Positions 49,801-62,970 of a stretch of DNA of 64,000 bases are shown in pieces (within the stretch, counting starts at the first letter, position 1; every line of letters begins with the position of its first letter). Location: positions 143,654,001 to 143,718,000 of the forward strand of contig OZ024741.1 of NCBI GenBank assembly GCA_964016885.1. The letters are read 5' to 3'. Both the position numbers and the translations under genes were made by a program. The DNA comes from Eledone cirrhosa (taxonomy: Eukaryota). The notes under the pieces are model-generated. The model worked only from the letters and a program-made list of their open reading frames with translations. It did not search any database and was not told where the DNA came from.

Positions 49801-52800
49801 GGTGTTGGTGTTGTTGGTCGTGTTGGTGTTGGTGGTGGTGTTGGTGGTGTTGGTGTTGGTGGTGTTGGTGGTGTTGGTGGTGTTGGTGTTGGTGGTGGTG
49901 TTGGTGGTGGTGGTGTTGTTGGTGGTGTTGGTGTTGGTGGTGGTGTTGTTGGTGGTGTTGGTGTTGGTGGTGGTGTTGTTGGTGGTGTTGGTGTTGCTGG
50001 TGATGCTGGTGGTGTTGGTGTTGGTGGTGGTGTTGTTGTTGGTGGTGTTGGTGGTGATGTTGGTGGTGTTGGTGTTGGTGGTGTTGTTGGTGGTGTTGTT
50101 GGTGGTGTTGGTGTTGGTGGTGTCGTTGGTGTTGGTGGTGGTGTTGGTGGTGTTGGTGTTGGTGGTGGTGTTGTTGGTGGTGTTGGTGTTGGTGGTGGTG
50201 TTGGTGTTGCTGGTGATGTTGGTGGTGTTGGTGTTGGTGGTGGTGTTGTTGTTGGTGGTGTTGGTGGTGATGTTGGTGGTGTTGGTGTTGGTGGTGTTGT
50301 TGGTGGTGTTGTTGGTGGTGTTGGTGTTGGTGGTGTTGTTGGTGTTGGTGGTAGTGTTGGTGGTGTTGGTGTTGGTGGTGGTGTTGTTGGTGGTGTTGGT
50401 GTTGGTGGTGTTGGTGGTGTTGGTGTTGGTGGTGGTGTTGTTGGTGGTGTTGTTGGTGGTGGTGTTGGAGGTGGTGTTGTTGGTGGTGTTGGTGTTGGTG
50501 GTGGTGTTGTTGGTGGTGTTGTTGGTAGTGGTGTTGGTGGTGGTGTTGTTGGTGGTGTTGGTGTTGGTCGTGTTGTTGGTGGTGGTGTTGTTGGTGTTGG
50601 TGGTGGTGTTGGTGTTGGTGGTGGTGGTGTTGGTGGTGGTGTTGGTGTTGTTGGTGTTGGTGGTGGTGTTGGTGGTGGTGTTGTTGGTGGTGTTGGTGTT
50701 GGTGGTGGTGTTGTTGGTGGTGTTGTTGGTGTTGGTGGTGGTATTGGTGTTGGTGGTGGTGTTGGTGTTGGTGGTGGTGGTGTTGGTGGTGGTGTTGTTG
50801 GTGTTGGTGTTGGTGTTGGTGGTGGTGGTGGTGGTGTTGGCGGTGGTGTTGTTGGTGTTGGTGGTGGTGTGGTTGGTGGTGTTGTTGGTGTTGGTGGTGG
50901 TGTTGGTGTTGGTGGTGTTGGTGGTGTTGGTGGTGTTGTTGGTGGTGTTGGTGGTGGTGTTGGTGGTGGTGGTGGTGGTGTTGGTGGTGGTGTTGTTGGT
51001 GGTGTTGGTGGTGGTGTTGGTGTTGGTGGTGGTGTTGGTGGTGGTGTTGTTGGTGGAGTTGGTGTTGGTGGTGGTGTTGGTGGTGGTGTTGTTGGTGGTG
51101 TTGGTGGTGGTGTTGGTGATGTTGGTGTTGTTGTTGGTGGTGTTGGTGTTGGTGGTGGTGTTGTTGGTGGTGTTGTTGGTGGTGGTGTTGGTGGTGGTGT
51201 TGTTGGTGGTGGTGTTGGTGGTGGTGTTCTTATTGATAGTGTTGTTGGTAGTGTTGGTGGTGGTGTGTGTTGTTGGTGGTGGTGTTGTTGGTGGTGGTGT
51301 TGTTGGTGGTGTTGTTGGTGTTGGTGGTGGTGTTGGTGGTGGTGTTGGTGTTGTTGGTCGTGTTTGTGTTGGTGTTGGTGGTGTTGGTGTTGTTGGTGGT
51401 GTTGTTGTTGTTGGTGGTTTTGGTGGTGGTGTTGTTGGATGGTGTTGGTGTTGGTGGTGGTGTTGGTGGTGGTGTTGTTGGTGTTGGTGGTGGTGTTGTT
51501 GGTGTTGTTGGTGGTGTTGGTGTTGGTGGTTGTGGTGTTGGTGGTGGTGTTGTTGGTGGTGTTGGTGTTGGTGTTGTTGGTCGTGTTGGTGTTGGTGGTG
51601 GTGTTGGTGGTGGTGTTGTTGGTGTTGGTGGTGGTGTTGTTGGTGTTGGTGGTGGTGTTGGTGTTGGTGGTGGTGGTGTTGGTGGTGGTGTTGTTGGTGT
51701 TGTTGGTGGTGTTGTTGGTGGTGTTGGTGGTGGTGTTGGTGTTGGTGGTGTTGTTATTGATGTTGTTGTTGGTGGTGGTGTTGGTGGTGGTGTTGGTGTT
51801 GGTGTTGTTGGTCGTGTTGGTGTTGGTGGTGGTGTTGGTGGTGTTGGTGTTGGTGGTGTTGGTGGTGTTGGTGGTGTTGGTGGTGTTGGTGTTGGTGGTG
51901 GTGTTGGTGGTGGTGGTGTTGTTGGTGGTGTTGGTGTTGGTGGTGGTGTTGTTGGTGGTGTTGGTGTTGGTGGTGGTGTTGTTGGTGGTGTTGGTGTTGC
52001 TGGTGATGCTGGTGGTGTTGGTGTTGGTGGTGGTGTTGTTGTTGGTGGTGTTGGTGGTGATGTTGGTGGTGTTGGTGTTCGTGGTGTTGTTGGTGGTGTT
52101 GTTGGTGGTGTTGGTGTTGGTGGTGTCGTTGGTGTTGGTGGTGGTGTTGGTGGTGTTGGTGTTGGTGGTGGTGTTGTTGGTGGTGTTGGTGTTGGTGGTG
52201 GTGTTGGTGTTGCTGGTGATGTTGGTGGTGTTGGTGTTGGTGGTGGTGTTGTTGTTGGTGGTGTTGGTGGTGATGTTGGTGGTGTTGGTGTTGGTGGTGT
52301 TGTTGGTGGTGTTGTTGGTGGTGTTGGTGTTGGTGGTGTTGTTGGTGTTGGTGGTAGTGTTGGTGGTGTTGGTGTTGGTGGTGGTGTTGTTGGTGGTGTT
52401 GGTGTTGGTGGTGTTGGTGGTGTTGGTGTTGGTGGTGGTGTTGTTGGTGGTGTTGTTGGTGGTGGTGTTGGAGGTGGTGTTGTTGGTGGTGTTGGTGTTG
52501 GTGGTGGTGTTGTTGGTGGTGTTGTTGGTAGTGGTGTTGGTGGTGGTGTTGTTGGTGGTGTTGGTGTTGGTCGTGTTGTTGGTGGTGGTGTTGTTGGTGT
52601 TGGTGGTGGTGTTGGTGTTGGTGGTGGTGGTGTTGGTGGTGGTGTTGGTGTTGTTGGTGTTGGTGGTGGTGTTGGTGGTGGTGTTGTTGGTGGTGTTGGT
52701 GTTGGTGGTGGTGTTGTTGGTGGTGTTGTTGGTGTTGGTGGTGGTATTGGTGTTGGTGGTGGTGTTGGTGTTGGTGGTGGTGGTGTTGGTGGTGGTGTTG

Positions 52801-55800
52801 TTGGTGTTGGTGTTGGTGTTGGTGGTGGTGGTGGTGGTGTTGGCGGTGGTGTTGTTGGTGTTGGTGGTGGTGTGGTTGGTGGTGTTGTTGGTGTTGGTGG
52901 TGGTGTTGGTGTTGGTGGTGTTGGTGGTGTTGGTGGTGGTGGTGGTGGTGTTGGTGGTGGTGTTGTTGGTGGTGTTGGTGGTGGTGTTGGTGTTGGTGGT
53001 GGTGTTGGTGGTGGTGTTGTTGGTGGAGTTGGTGTTGGTGGTGGTGTTGGTGGTGGTGTTGTTGGTGGTGTTGGTGGTGGTGTTGGTGATGTTGGTGTTG
53101 TTGTTGGTGGTGTTGGTGTTGGTGGTGGTGTTGTTGGTGGTGTTGTTGGTGGTGGTGTTGGTGGTGGTGTTGTTGGTGGTGGTGTTGGTGGTGGTGTTCT
53201 TATTGATAGTGTTGTTGGTAGTGTTGGTGGTGGTGTGTGTTGTTGGTGGTGGTGTTGTTGGTGGTGGTGTTGTTGGTGGTGTTGTTGGTGTTGGTGGTGG
53301 TGTTGGTGGTGGTGTTGGTGTTGTTGGTCGTGTTTGTGTTGGTGTTGGTGGTGTTGGTGTTGTTGGTGGTGTTGTTGTTGTTGGTGGTTTTGGTGGTGGT
53401 GTTGTTGGTGGTGTTGGTGTTGGTGGTGGTGTTGGTGGTGGTGTTGTTGGTGTTGGTGGTGGTGTTGTTGGTGTTGTTGGTGGTGTTGGTGTTGGTGGTT
53501 GTGGTGTTGGTGGTGGTGTTGTTGGTGGTGTTGGTGTTGGTGGTGGTGTTGTTATTGATGGTGTTGTTGGTGTTGTTATTTGATGGTGTTGTTGGTGGTG
53601 TTGGTGTTGGTGTGTGTTGGTGGTGGTGGTGGTGGTGGTGTTGTTGGTGGTGGTGTTGTTGGAAGTGTTGTTATTGATGGTGTTGTTGGTAGTGTTGGTG
53701 TTGGTGTGTTGTTGGTGGTGGTGTTGGTGGTGGTGGTGTTGTTGTTGGTGGTGGTGGTGGTGGTGGTGTTGGTGGTGGTGTTGTTTATGATGGTGTTTTT
53801 GGTGTTGTTATTGATGGTATTGTTGGTGGTGTTGGTGTTGGTGTGTGTTGGTGGTGGTGGTGGTGGTGGTGGTGGTGTTGTTGGTGGTGGTGTTGTTGGA
53901 AGTGTTGTTATTGATGGTGTTGTTGGTGGTGTTGGTGTTGGTATGTGTTGTTGGTGGTGGTGTTGGTGGTGGCGTTGGTGGTGGTGTTGGTGTTGTTATT
54001 GATGGTGTTGTTGGTGTTGTTCGTGTTGTTATTGATGGTGTTGTTGGTGGTGTTGGTGTTGGTGTGTGTTGTTGGTAGTGGTGTTGGTGGTGTTGTTGGT
54101 GGTGGTGGCGTTGTTGGTGGTGTGGGTGTTGGTGTTGATGTTGGTGTGTGTTGGTGGTGTTGGTGTTTGTGGTGATGTTGTTATTGATGGTGTTGTTGAT
54201 GGTGTTGATGTTGGTGTGTGTTGTTATTGATGGTGTTGGTGCTGGTGTTGTTATTGATGGTGTTGTTGGTGGTGTTGGTGTTGGTGTGTGTTGTTGGTGG
54301 TAGTGTTGGTGGTGGTGTAGTTGTTGGTGTTGTTGGTGGTGTTATTGGTGGTGGTGTTGGTGGTGTTGGTGGTGTTATTGGTGGTAGTGTTGTTGGTGGG
54401 GTTGTTGGTGTCGGTGGTGTTATTGATAGTGTTGTTGGTGGTGGTGTTGGTGGTGGTGTTGTTATTGATGGTGCTGTTGGTGGTGTTGGTGTGTGGTGTT
54501 GGTGGTGGTGTTGGTGGTGATGTTGTTGGTGGTGCTGGTGTGTGTTGTTGGTGGTGGTGTTGGTGGTGGTGTTGGTGTTGGTGGTGTTGGTGTTGGTGTG
54601 TGTTGTTGGTGGTGGTGTTGGTGGTGGTGTTGTTATTGATGGTGTTGTTGGTGGTGTTGGTGTCGGTGTGTGTTGTTGGTGGTGGGGTTGGTGGTGGTGT
54701 TGTTATTGATGGTGTTGCTGGTGGTGTTGGTGTTGGTGTGTGTTGTTGGTGGTGGTGTTGGTGTGTGTTGTTGTTGGTATTGTTGGTGTGTGTTGATGGT
54801 GGTGGTGTTGGTGGTGGTGTTGTTATTGATGGTGTTGTTGGTGGTAGTGTTGGTGTTGGTGTGTGTGTTGTTGGTGGTGGTTTTGGTGGTGATGTTGTTG
54901 GTGGTGTTGTTGGTGGTGGTGTTGTTGGTGGTGGTGTTGGTGGTGGTGTTCTTATTGATAGTGTTGTTGGTAGTGTTGGTGGTGGTGTGTGCTGTTGGTG
55001 GTGGTGTTGGTGGTGGTGTTGTTGGTGGTGTTGTTGGTGTGTGTTGTTGGTGGTAGTGTTGGTGGTGGTATCGTTGGTGGTGATGTTGAAGGTGGTGTTG
55101 TTATTGATGGCGTTGTTGTTGGTGTTGGTGTTGTTATTGATGGCGTTGTTGGTGGTGTTGGTGTTGGTGTGTGTTGTTGGTGGTGGTGTTGGTGGTGGTG
55201 TTGTTATTGATGGTGTTGTTGGTGGTGTTGGTGGTGGTGGTGTTGGTGTCTGTGTGTGTTGTTGGTGGTGTTGGTGTGTGTTGTTGGAGGTGGTGTTGGT
55301 GGTGGTGTTGGTGGTGGTGGTGTTGTTGTTGGTGGTGTTGTTGATGTTGGTGTGTGTTGTTGTTGGTGGTGTTGGTGGTGGTGTTGGTGGTGTTGGTGTT
55401 GGTGTGTGTTGTTGGTGGTGGTGTTGGTGGTGGTGTTGGTGGTGTTGTTGATGTTGGTGTGTGTTATTGATGGTGTTGTTGGTGGTGTTGGTGCTGGTGT
55501 GTGTTATTGGTGGTGGTGTTGGTGGTGGTGTTTGTGTGTTGTTGGAGGTGGTGTTGGTGGTGTTGTTGTTGGTGGTGGTGTTGTTGTTGGTGGTGTTGGT
55601 GGTGTTGGTGTTGGTGTGTGGTATTGGTGGTGGTGTTGGTGATGATGATGTTGGTGTTGTTGATGTTGGTGTGTGTTGTTGTTGGTGCTGTTGGTGTTGG
55701 TGTGTGTTGTTGTTGGTTGTGTTGGTGTTGCTCTTGTTGGTGGTAGTGTTGGTGATGGTGTTGTTGGTGGTATTGTTGGTGTGTGTTGTTGGTGGTAGTG

Positions 55801-57270
55801 TTGGTGATGGTGTTGTTGGTGGTGTTGTTGGTGGTGTTGGTGGTGGTGTGTGTTGTTGGTGGTAGTGTTGGTGGTGGTGTTGTTAGTGGTGTTGTTGGTG
55901 TGTGTTGTTGGTGGTAGTGTTGGTGATGGTGTTGTTGGTGGTGTTGGTGGTGGTGTTGGTGGTGGTGTGTGTTGTTGGTGGTAGTGTTGGTGGTGGTGTT
56001 GTTGGTGGTATTTTTGGTGTGTGTTGTTGGTGGTAGTGTTGGTCATGGTGTTGTTGGTGGTGTTGTTGGTGGTGTTGGTGGTGGTGTGTGTTGTTGGTGG
56101 TAGTGTTGGTGGTGGTGTTGTTGGTGTTGTTGTTAGTGGTGTTGGTGTTGGAGTGTGTTGTTGGTGTTGGTGGTGGTGTTGTTGGTGGTGGTGTTGGCGG
56201 TGTTGTTGTTATTGATGGTGTTGCTGGTGGTGTTGGTGTGTGTTGGTGGTGGTGTTGGTGGTGGTGTTGGTGGTGGTGTTGTTATTGATGGTGATGGTGT
56301 TGGTGTGTGTTGTCGTTGGTGGTGTTGGTGGTGGTGTTGTTATTGATGGTGTTGGTGGTGATGTTTGTGGTGGTGTTGTTGGTGTTGTTGATGTTGGTGT
56401 GTGTTGATGGTGTTGGTGTTGGTGGTGGTGTTGTTATTGATGGTGTTGGTGGTGTTGTTGGTGGTGGTGTTGTTATTGATGGTGTTGTTGGTGGTGTTGG
56501 TGTTGGTGTGTGTTGTTGGTGGTGTTGGTGGTGATGTTTGTGGTGGTGTTGTTGGTTTTGTTGATGTTGGTGTTGTTGGTGGTGTTGGTGTTGGTGGTGG
56601 TGTTGATGGTGGTGTTGGTGGTGGTGGCGTTGTTGGTGGTGTTGTTGTTTGTGGTGGTGTTGGTGGTGGTGTTGGTGTTGGTGTGTGTTGTTGGTGGTGG
56701 TGTTGTTATTTATGGTGTTGTTGGTGGTGTTGGTGTTGGTGTGTGTTGTTGGTGGTGTTGTTGGTGGTGTTGGTGTTTGGTGTTGGTGTTGGTGTTGGTT
56801 TGTGTTGTTGGTGGTGGTGTTGGTGCTGGTGTTGGTGGTGGTGTTTTTGGTGGTGTTGGTGTGTGTTGTTGGTGGTGTTGTTGGTGGTGTTGGTGTGTGT
56901 GTTGTTGGTGGTGTTGGTGTTTGTGTTGTTATTGATAGTGTTGTTGGTGGTGTTGATGTTGGTGTGTGTTGTTGGTGGTGGTGTTGTTGGTGGTGTTGAT
57001 GTGTGTTGTTGGTGGTGTTGTTGGTGGTGTTGGTGTGTGGTGTTGGTGGTGGTGTTGGTGGTGGTTTGTGTTGTTGGTGGTGGTGATGTTCGTTTGTATT
57101 GTTGGTGGCAGTGTTGGTGGTGGTGTTGTTACTGATGGTGTTGTTGGTGGTGTTGGTGTTGGTGGTGGTTTTGGTGGTGGTGTGGGTGGTGGTGGTGTTG
57201 TTGTTGGTGTTGGTGGTGTTGTTGATGTTGTTGTGTGTTGTTGGTGGTGTTGTTGGTGGTGGTGTTGTTG
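43832..57270. repeat. Cryptic GGT/GTT trinucleotide array with kb-scale internal duplications
   Basis: Almost only G and T on the + strand, with recurrent landmark words such as GTTATTGATGGT and GTTCTTATTGATAGT. Confidence 0.98.
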
Positions 57271-60068
57271 GTATGGTGTGTTGGTATGTGGTATTGTTGA
57301 TATGGTGTGTTGGTATGTGGAGTTGTTGGTATGGTGTGTTGGTATGTGGAGTTGTTGGTATGTGGTGTTGTTGGTATGGTGTGTTGGTATGTGGAGTTGT
57401 TGGTATGTGGTGTTGTTGGTATGTGGTGTTGTTGGTATGGTGTGTTGGTATGTGGAGTTGTTGGTATGTGGTGTTGTTGATATGGTGTGTTGGTATGTGG
57501 TGTTGTTGGTACGCGGAGTTGTTGGTATATGGAGTTGTTGGTATGGTGTGTTGGTATGTAGAGTTGTTGGTATGTGGTGTTGTTGATATGGTGTGTTGGT
57601 ATGTGGTGTTTTTGGTATGTGGTGTTGTTGGTATGTGGTGTTGTTGGTATGTGGAGTTGTTGGTATGTAGTGTTGTTGGTATGGTGTGTTGGTATGTGGT
57701 GTTGTTGGTATGTGGTGTTGTTGGTATGTGGTGTTGTTGATACGGTGTGTTGGTATGTGGTGTTGTTGGTATGTGGTGTTGTTGGTATGTGGAGTTGTTG
57801 GTATGTGGAGTTGTTGGTATGTGGTGTTGTTGGTATGTGGTGTTGTTGGTATGTGTTGTTGTTGATATGTTGTGTTGGTATGTGGTGTTGTTGATATGGT
57901 GTGTTGGTATGTGGTGTTGTTGGTATGTGGAGTTGTTGGTATGGTGTGTTGGTATGTGGAGTTGTTGGTATGTGGAATTGTTGGTATGTGGTGTTGTTGG
58001 TATGTGTTGTTGTTGATATGTTGTGTTGGTATGTGGTGTTGTTGATATGGTGTGTTGGTATGTGGTGTTGTTGGTATGTGGAGTTGTTGGTATGGTGTGT
58101 TGGTATGTGGAGTTGTTGGTATGTAGTGTTGTTGGTATGGTGTGTTGGTATGTGGTGTTGTTGGTATGTGGTGTTGTTGGTATGTGGTGTTGTTGATACG
58201 GTGTGTTGGTATGTGGTGTTGTTGGTATGTGGTGTTGTTGGTATGTGGAGTTGTTGGTATGTGGTGTTGTCGTATGTGGTGTTGTTGGTATGTGGTGTTG
58301 TTGGTATGTGGTGTTGGTATGTGGTGTTGTTGGTATGGTGTGTTGGTATGTGGAGTTGTTGGTATGTGGTGTTGTTGATATGGTGTGTTGGTATGTGGTG
58401 TTGTTGGTATGTGGTGTTGGTATGTGGAGTTGTTGGTATGTAGTGTTGTTGATATGGTGTGTTGGTATGTGGTGTTGTTGGTATGTGGTGTTGGTATGTG
58501 GAGTTGTTGGTATGTGGTGTTGTTGATATGGTGTGTTGGTATGTGGTGTTGTTGGTATGTGGTGTTGGTATGTGGAGTTGTTGGTATGGTGTGTTGGTAT
58601 GTGGAGTTGTTGATATGGTGTGTTGGTATGTGGAGTTGTTGGTATGTGGTGTTGTTGGTATGTGGTGTTGTTGGTATGTGGTGTTGTTGGTATGTGGAGT
58701 TGTTGATATGGTGTGTTGGTATGTGGAGTTGTTGGTATGTGGAGTTGTTGGTATGTGGTGTTGTTGGTATGTGGAGTTGTTGATATGGTGTGTTGGTATG
58801 TGGAGTTGTTGGTATGTGGAGTTGTTGGTATGTGGTGTTGTTGGTATGTGGTGTTGTTGGTATGTGGTGTTGTTGGTATGGTGTGTTGGTATGTGGAGTT
58901 GTTGGTATGTGGAATTGTTGGTATGTGGTGTTGTTGGTATGTGTTGTTGTTGGTATGTGGTGTTGGTATGTGGTGTTGTTGATATGGTGTGTTGGTATGT
59001 GGAGTTGTTGGTATGTGGAGTTGTTGGTATGTGGTGTTGTTGGTATGTGGAGTTGTTGATATGGTGTGTTGGTATGTGGAGTTGTTGGTATGTGGAGTTG
59101 TTGGTATGTGGTGTTGTTGGTATGTGGTGTTGTTGGTATGTGGTGTTGTTGGTATGGTGTGTTGGTATGTGGAGTTGTTGGTATGTGGAATTGTTGGTAT
59201 GTGGTGTTGTTGGTATGTGTTGTTGTTGGTATGTGGTGTTGGTATGTGGTGTTGTTGATATGGTGTGTTGGTATGTGGAGTTGTTGGTATGTGGAATTGT
59301 TGGTATGTGGTGTTGTTGGTATGTGTTGTTGTTGATATGTTGTGTTGGTATGTGGTGTTGTTGATATGGTGTGTTGGTATGTGGTGTTGTTGGTATGTGG
59401 AGTTGTTGGTATGGTGTGTTGGTATGTGGAGTTGTTGGTATGTAGTGTTGTTGGTATGGTGTGTTGGTATGTGGTGTTGTTGGTATGTGGTGTTGTTGGT
59501 ATGTGGTGTTGTTGATACGGTGTGTTGGTATGTGGTGTTGTTGGTATGTGGTGTTGTTGGTATGTGGAGTTGTTGGTATGTGGTGTTGTTGGTATGTGGT
59601 GTTGTTGGTATGTGGTGTTGTTGGTATGTGGTGTTGGTATGTGGTGTTGTTGGTATGGTGTGTTGGTATGTGGAGTTGTTGGTATGTGGTGTTGTTGATA
59701 TGGTGTGTTGGTATGTGGTGTTGTTGGTATGTGGTGTTGGTATGTGGAGTTGTTGGTATGTAGTGTTGTTGATATGGTGTGTTGGTATGTGGTGTTGTTG
59801 GTATGTGGTGTTGGTATGTGGAGTTGTTGGTATGTGGTGTTGTTGATATGGTGTGTTGGTATGTGGTGTTGTTGGTATGTGGTGTTGGTATGTGGAGTTG
59901 TTGGTATGGTGTGTTGGTATGTGGAGTTGTTGATATGGTGTGTTGGTATGTGGAGTTGTTGGTATGTGGTGTTGTTGGTATGTGGAGTTGTTGGTATGTG
60001 GTGTTGTTGGTATGGTGTGTTGGTATGTGGAGTTGTTGGTATGTGGTGTTGTTGGTATGTGGTGTTGT
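57271..60068. repeat. Minisatellite of 16-bp GGTATGTGG(T/A)GTTGTT units interleaved with 13-bp units such as GGTATGGTGTGTT
   Basis: Directly visible. Confidence 0.97.
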
Positions 60069-60720
60069 TAGTAGTGTTGTTAGTGATGTTGTGGGTGGTA
60101 GTATTGTTGCTATTGGTAATGCTATCGGTGGTGTTGTTGGTGGTGTTGGTGTTGGTATTATTGATGTTGGTGTTGTTAGTGTTGGTGTTGGTAGTGTTGG
60201 TGTTGGTGTGTGGTGTTGGTGTTGTTGGTTTGTGATGTTGTTGGTGTTAGTGTGGGGTGTTGTTGGTGTTGGTGTGGGATGGTGTTGGTGTTGTTGGTGG
60301 TGTTGGTGTTGTTGGTGGTGTTGGTGTTGTTGGTGGTGTTGCTGATGGGTTAGTGTTAGTGGTGTTGCTGTTGTTGGTGGTGGTGGTGATGATGATTATG
60401 ATAGTGATGAGGATGTGGATGACAACAGTGGTGGTAATAATGGAGTTAATGATGATGGTAATGATTGTGGTGGTGATATTAATTGTTTGTGGTAGTTGTA
60501 GTGTTGGTGGTTATAGTGATGTTTATGATGGTAATGGCATTGATGGTAGTGACTGTAGCAGAAAAGATGGTGTTAGTGGGGTAATGATGGTAATAGTAGG
60601 GGGAAGTGATGATTATTGTAGCAATGATGATAATATTGCTAATGGTGATGATGGATGTGGCACTGAAGATGATTGTGGTGGTAAAGATGATTGTGGTGGT
60701 GATGATGAATTTGGTGTTGA
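60069..60720. repeat. Degenerate GGT/GAT low-complexity tail of the GT array
   Basis: Gradual decay into unique sequence. Confidence 0.85.
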
Positions 60721-60856
60721 ATGTAGAATATTATCAAGGCTTGATGGATCAAGTGCAAAGTGCCCCACCCTCCACCCCCAACCAAAATGGCTATATTAAT
60801 AACTATGTTGTGCTTAATCATCATCATCATCCAGGTTTTGATTATGCTGGACATAA

Positions 60857-61150
60857 TTAATCTCTAAGTAGGGGTGGGTCCTGCCTGACAGTGCTCCTTA
60901 GCGCCCTGCTCCATGTGTTTCTGTCTGCCAGTCTCACTTGGGCCAGGCCAATCCTAGCTTGATCCTGACAGAGATCATCCATCCAAGTCTTTTTTGGTCT
61001 TCTTGGGCCTCTACTGCCTCCTGGGTTGACATTCATTACTTTGCTGATCCAGCCCTCACTGCGCTCGACATGACTTTACCAGCGCATGCGTCTCGTGTGA
61101 AACACATCCTCAAGTTCCTCGATCAGCAGTTTTTTCAGGAGCTCAGTTGA
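60857..61150 (-). mobile_element. RTE/BovB-like LINE 3' end
   Basis: Minus strand reads ELLKKLLIEELEDVFHTRRMRW*SHVERSEGWISKV...GPRRPKKTWMDDL...DRNTWSRAL. Confidence 0.8.
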
Positions 61151-61420
61151 GCTCACCAGCAAAGAATTATATTGATAGTTTCCACCAGTAATGGAAATAT
61201 AAGACACGGGAAAATGAAACTTGCAGGTTACTGTGTTCATCCCCATGAAGTTATAGCAAGTGATCTTTTTCTGTGGGAACCATCAGATGGATACACAACC
61301 AGCCGTAGAAGGATAACATGCTGGAAGATACTGGAGTGGATTGTGTAGGTGAGCCTAGAACGTTGAATGCTGATGATGGATGGAGAGCTTTGGAGTACAT
61401 GTGTAAAGACAGATGAGTGA
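61150..61420 (+). mobile_element. RTE LINE 3' fragment related to 39280-39560
   Basis: LTSKELY...KMKLAGYCVHPHEVIASDLFLWEPSDG, similar to the tail of the 38470-39560 element. Confidence 0.7.
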
Positions 61421-62759
61421 TCTGTTAGTCAGCATAGTTAGATATGCTTCCAACCTCACTTATTAATGGTTCTAGGTTTTACAAAAAAAACGAAAAAAAA
61501 ACAAAAAGAAAAACAGGACTCATAAGCATCATTCATTGTTATGGCAATACTTATTTAATGGTTTTTTTTGCCGAGTTTTAGGTGTACAAAACACTACATA
61601 ATCAACCAGACTAAATGTTCAGATTATTCAATTTAAAGCTAATGAAGTTATCAAAAACATTAGGAAGAATGGTTCCTGCAATGATAAAGATAATATCTAC
61701 AATAATATTTCATTTTGCAGAAAAATAGTAAAAATTGAGAGAAATCACTAAGTTCTTTACCAAATAAAGTGTGTGTATATGTGTGTGTGTGAGTGTGTGT
61801 GTGTTTGAGAGAGAGAGAGGGAGAGAGAAAGAGAGAGATTTCACATGAGTCAGCAGTTAACTATTCAGCTTCTGTTGCTTTATGTCTTTCAACAAGAGTA
61901 CAACTCAACATCGCTACCCCAATGATGCAGCCTGGACAGTGTGGAGGAGCATTCTCTGGTGTGTGGGAGCCCATGTGCAGGTCGTTTCATGGTCCATGTG
62001 AAGGATAGAATAGAGAAAACATTGCCTAGAAGGATTAGCAGTTGGATTAAGATTTTTATGGATGGAATTAAGCAGCTGTTATATACTTTGTTATACAAGG
62101 GTATGAGAGGAAAGGAATCAAATTATTATGTACACAGTCACTAAGTAGATTTGGAAGTCAGTGTCACTCTTTCAACAACAGTACAATTCAGCATTGCCAC
62201 CCTAGTAATGCAGACGTGGATGGTGTGGGGAAGCATTCTCTGGTGTGTTGGAGCCCACGTACAGGCAGCCTCATGGTCCTAGCAGAAGATAAAATGGATG
62301 GCAAGGGCTATGCTTAGGAATAGCTATTCCATCAGATGGGTCTCACCCCTGCGGGTGGCTGACTCTGACCCAATAACAGAGAATAAGGAGGTGTACAATT
62401 ATCCAATAGAGGTCCTAAACATGTATAACTTTGGTGGAGGGATCTGACAGTTTGGCTATGAAAAGGTTATGTGTTATATTGTTATTGTGAATAAAGCTTT
62501 GTAATAGAACCAGAATATGAATAACTCATTTTATATGACTACATCATTGAAGGCCACATTGCTAGAGAATTGAAAGCACATAGTTGTGCCAAGAATTAAT
62601 CTGAGAACTTCTGACAATTACTCTGTTACTCAACCTCATTGTCATCATTATCAGCACCATCATCATCATTGTTGTCATTGTTGTTGGCATCATCATCATC
62701 ATCTTTTTTCTATGTTTGCATAGGTTGGACGGATCCTTTCCAACACAGCTTTTCTTCAC

Positions 62760-62970
62760 TTGTTCCTTCAGCATTTTGAATTCAGCTCTAACCATCTCTG
62801 CCTAGGGTTTTTTTGGTCTTCCTCTTCTACAGCTTCCTTCCACTGGCATCACTTGGCACTTCTTTACCTAGTGTTCATCATCTATACATATTACATGTAC
62901 ATGCTAGTGCAGTCGCTTCTCTTGCACACTACATCTGATACCTTTTATACTAAGATTTTCTCTCATTTTA
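62760..62970 (-). mobile_element. Highly decayed RTE LINE 3' fragment
   Basis: Minus strand reads MRENLSIKGIRCSVQEKRLH*HVHV...VEGSCRRGRPK. Confidence 0.6.

Noticed and set aside
57271-60068. Interstitial telomeric repeat
   Set aside because: The unit is not TTAGGG-like and derives from the adjacent GGT/GTT array.
43834-60345. Long Val/Leu/Gly/Trp/Cys ORFs, and a mucin-like Pro/Thr reading on the minus strand
   Set aside because: G/T-only sequence is nearly free of stop codons by composition. Frequent GTGT slips shift the frame, and no domains or splice context were found.
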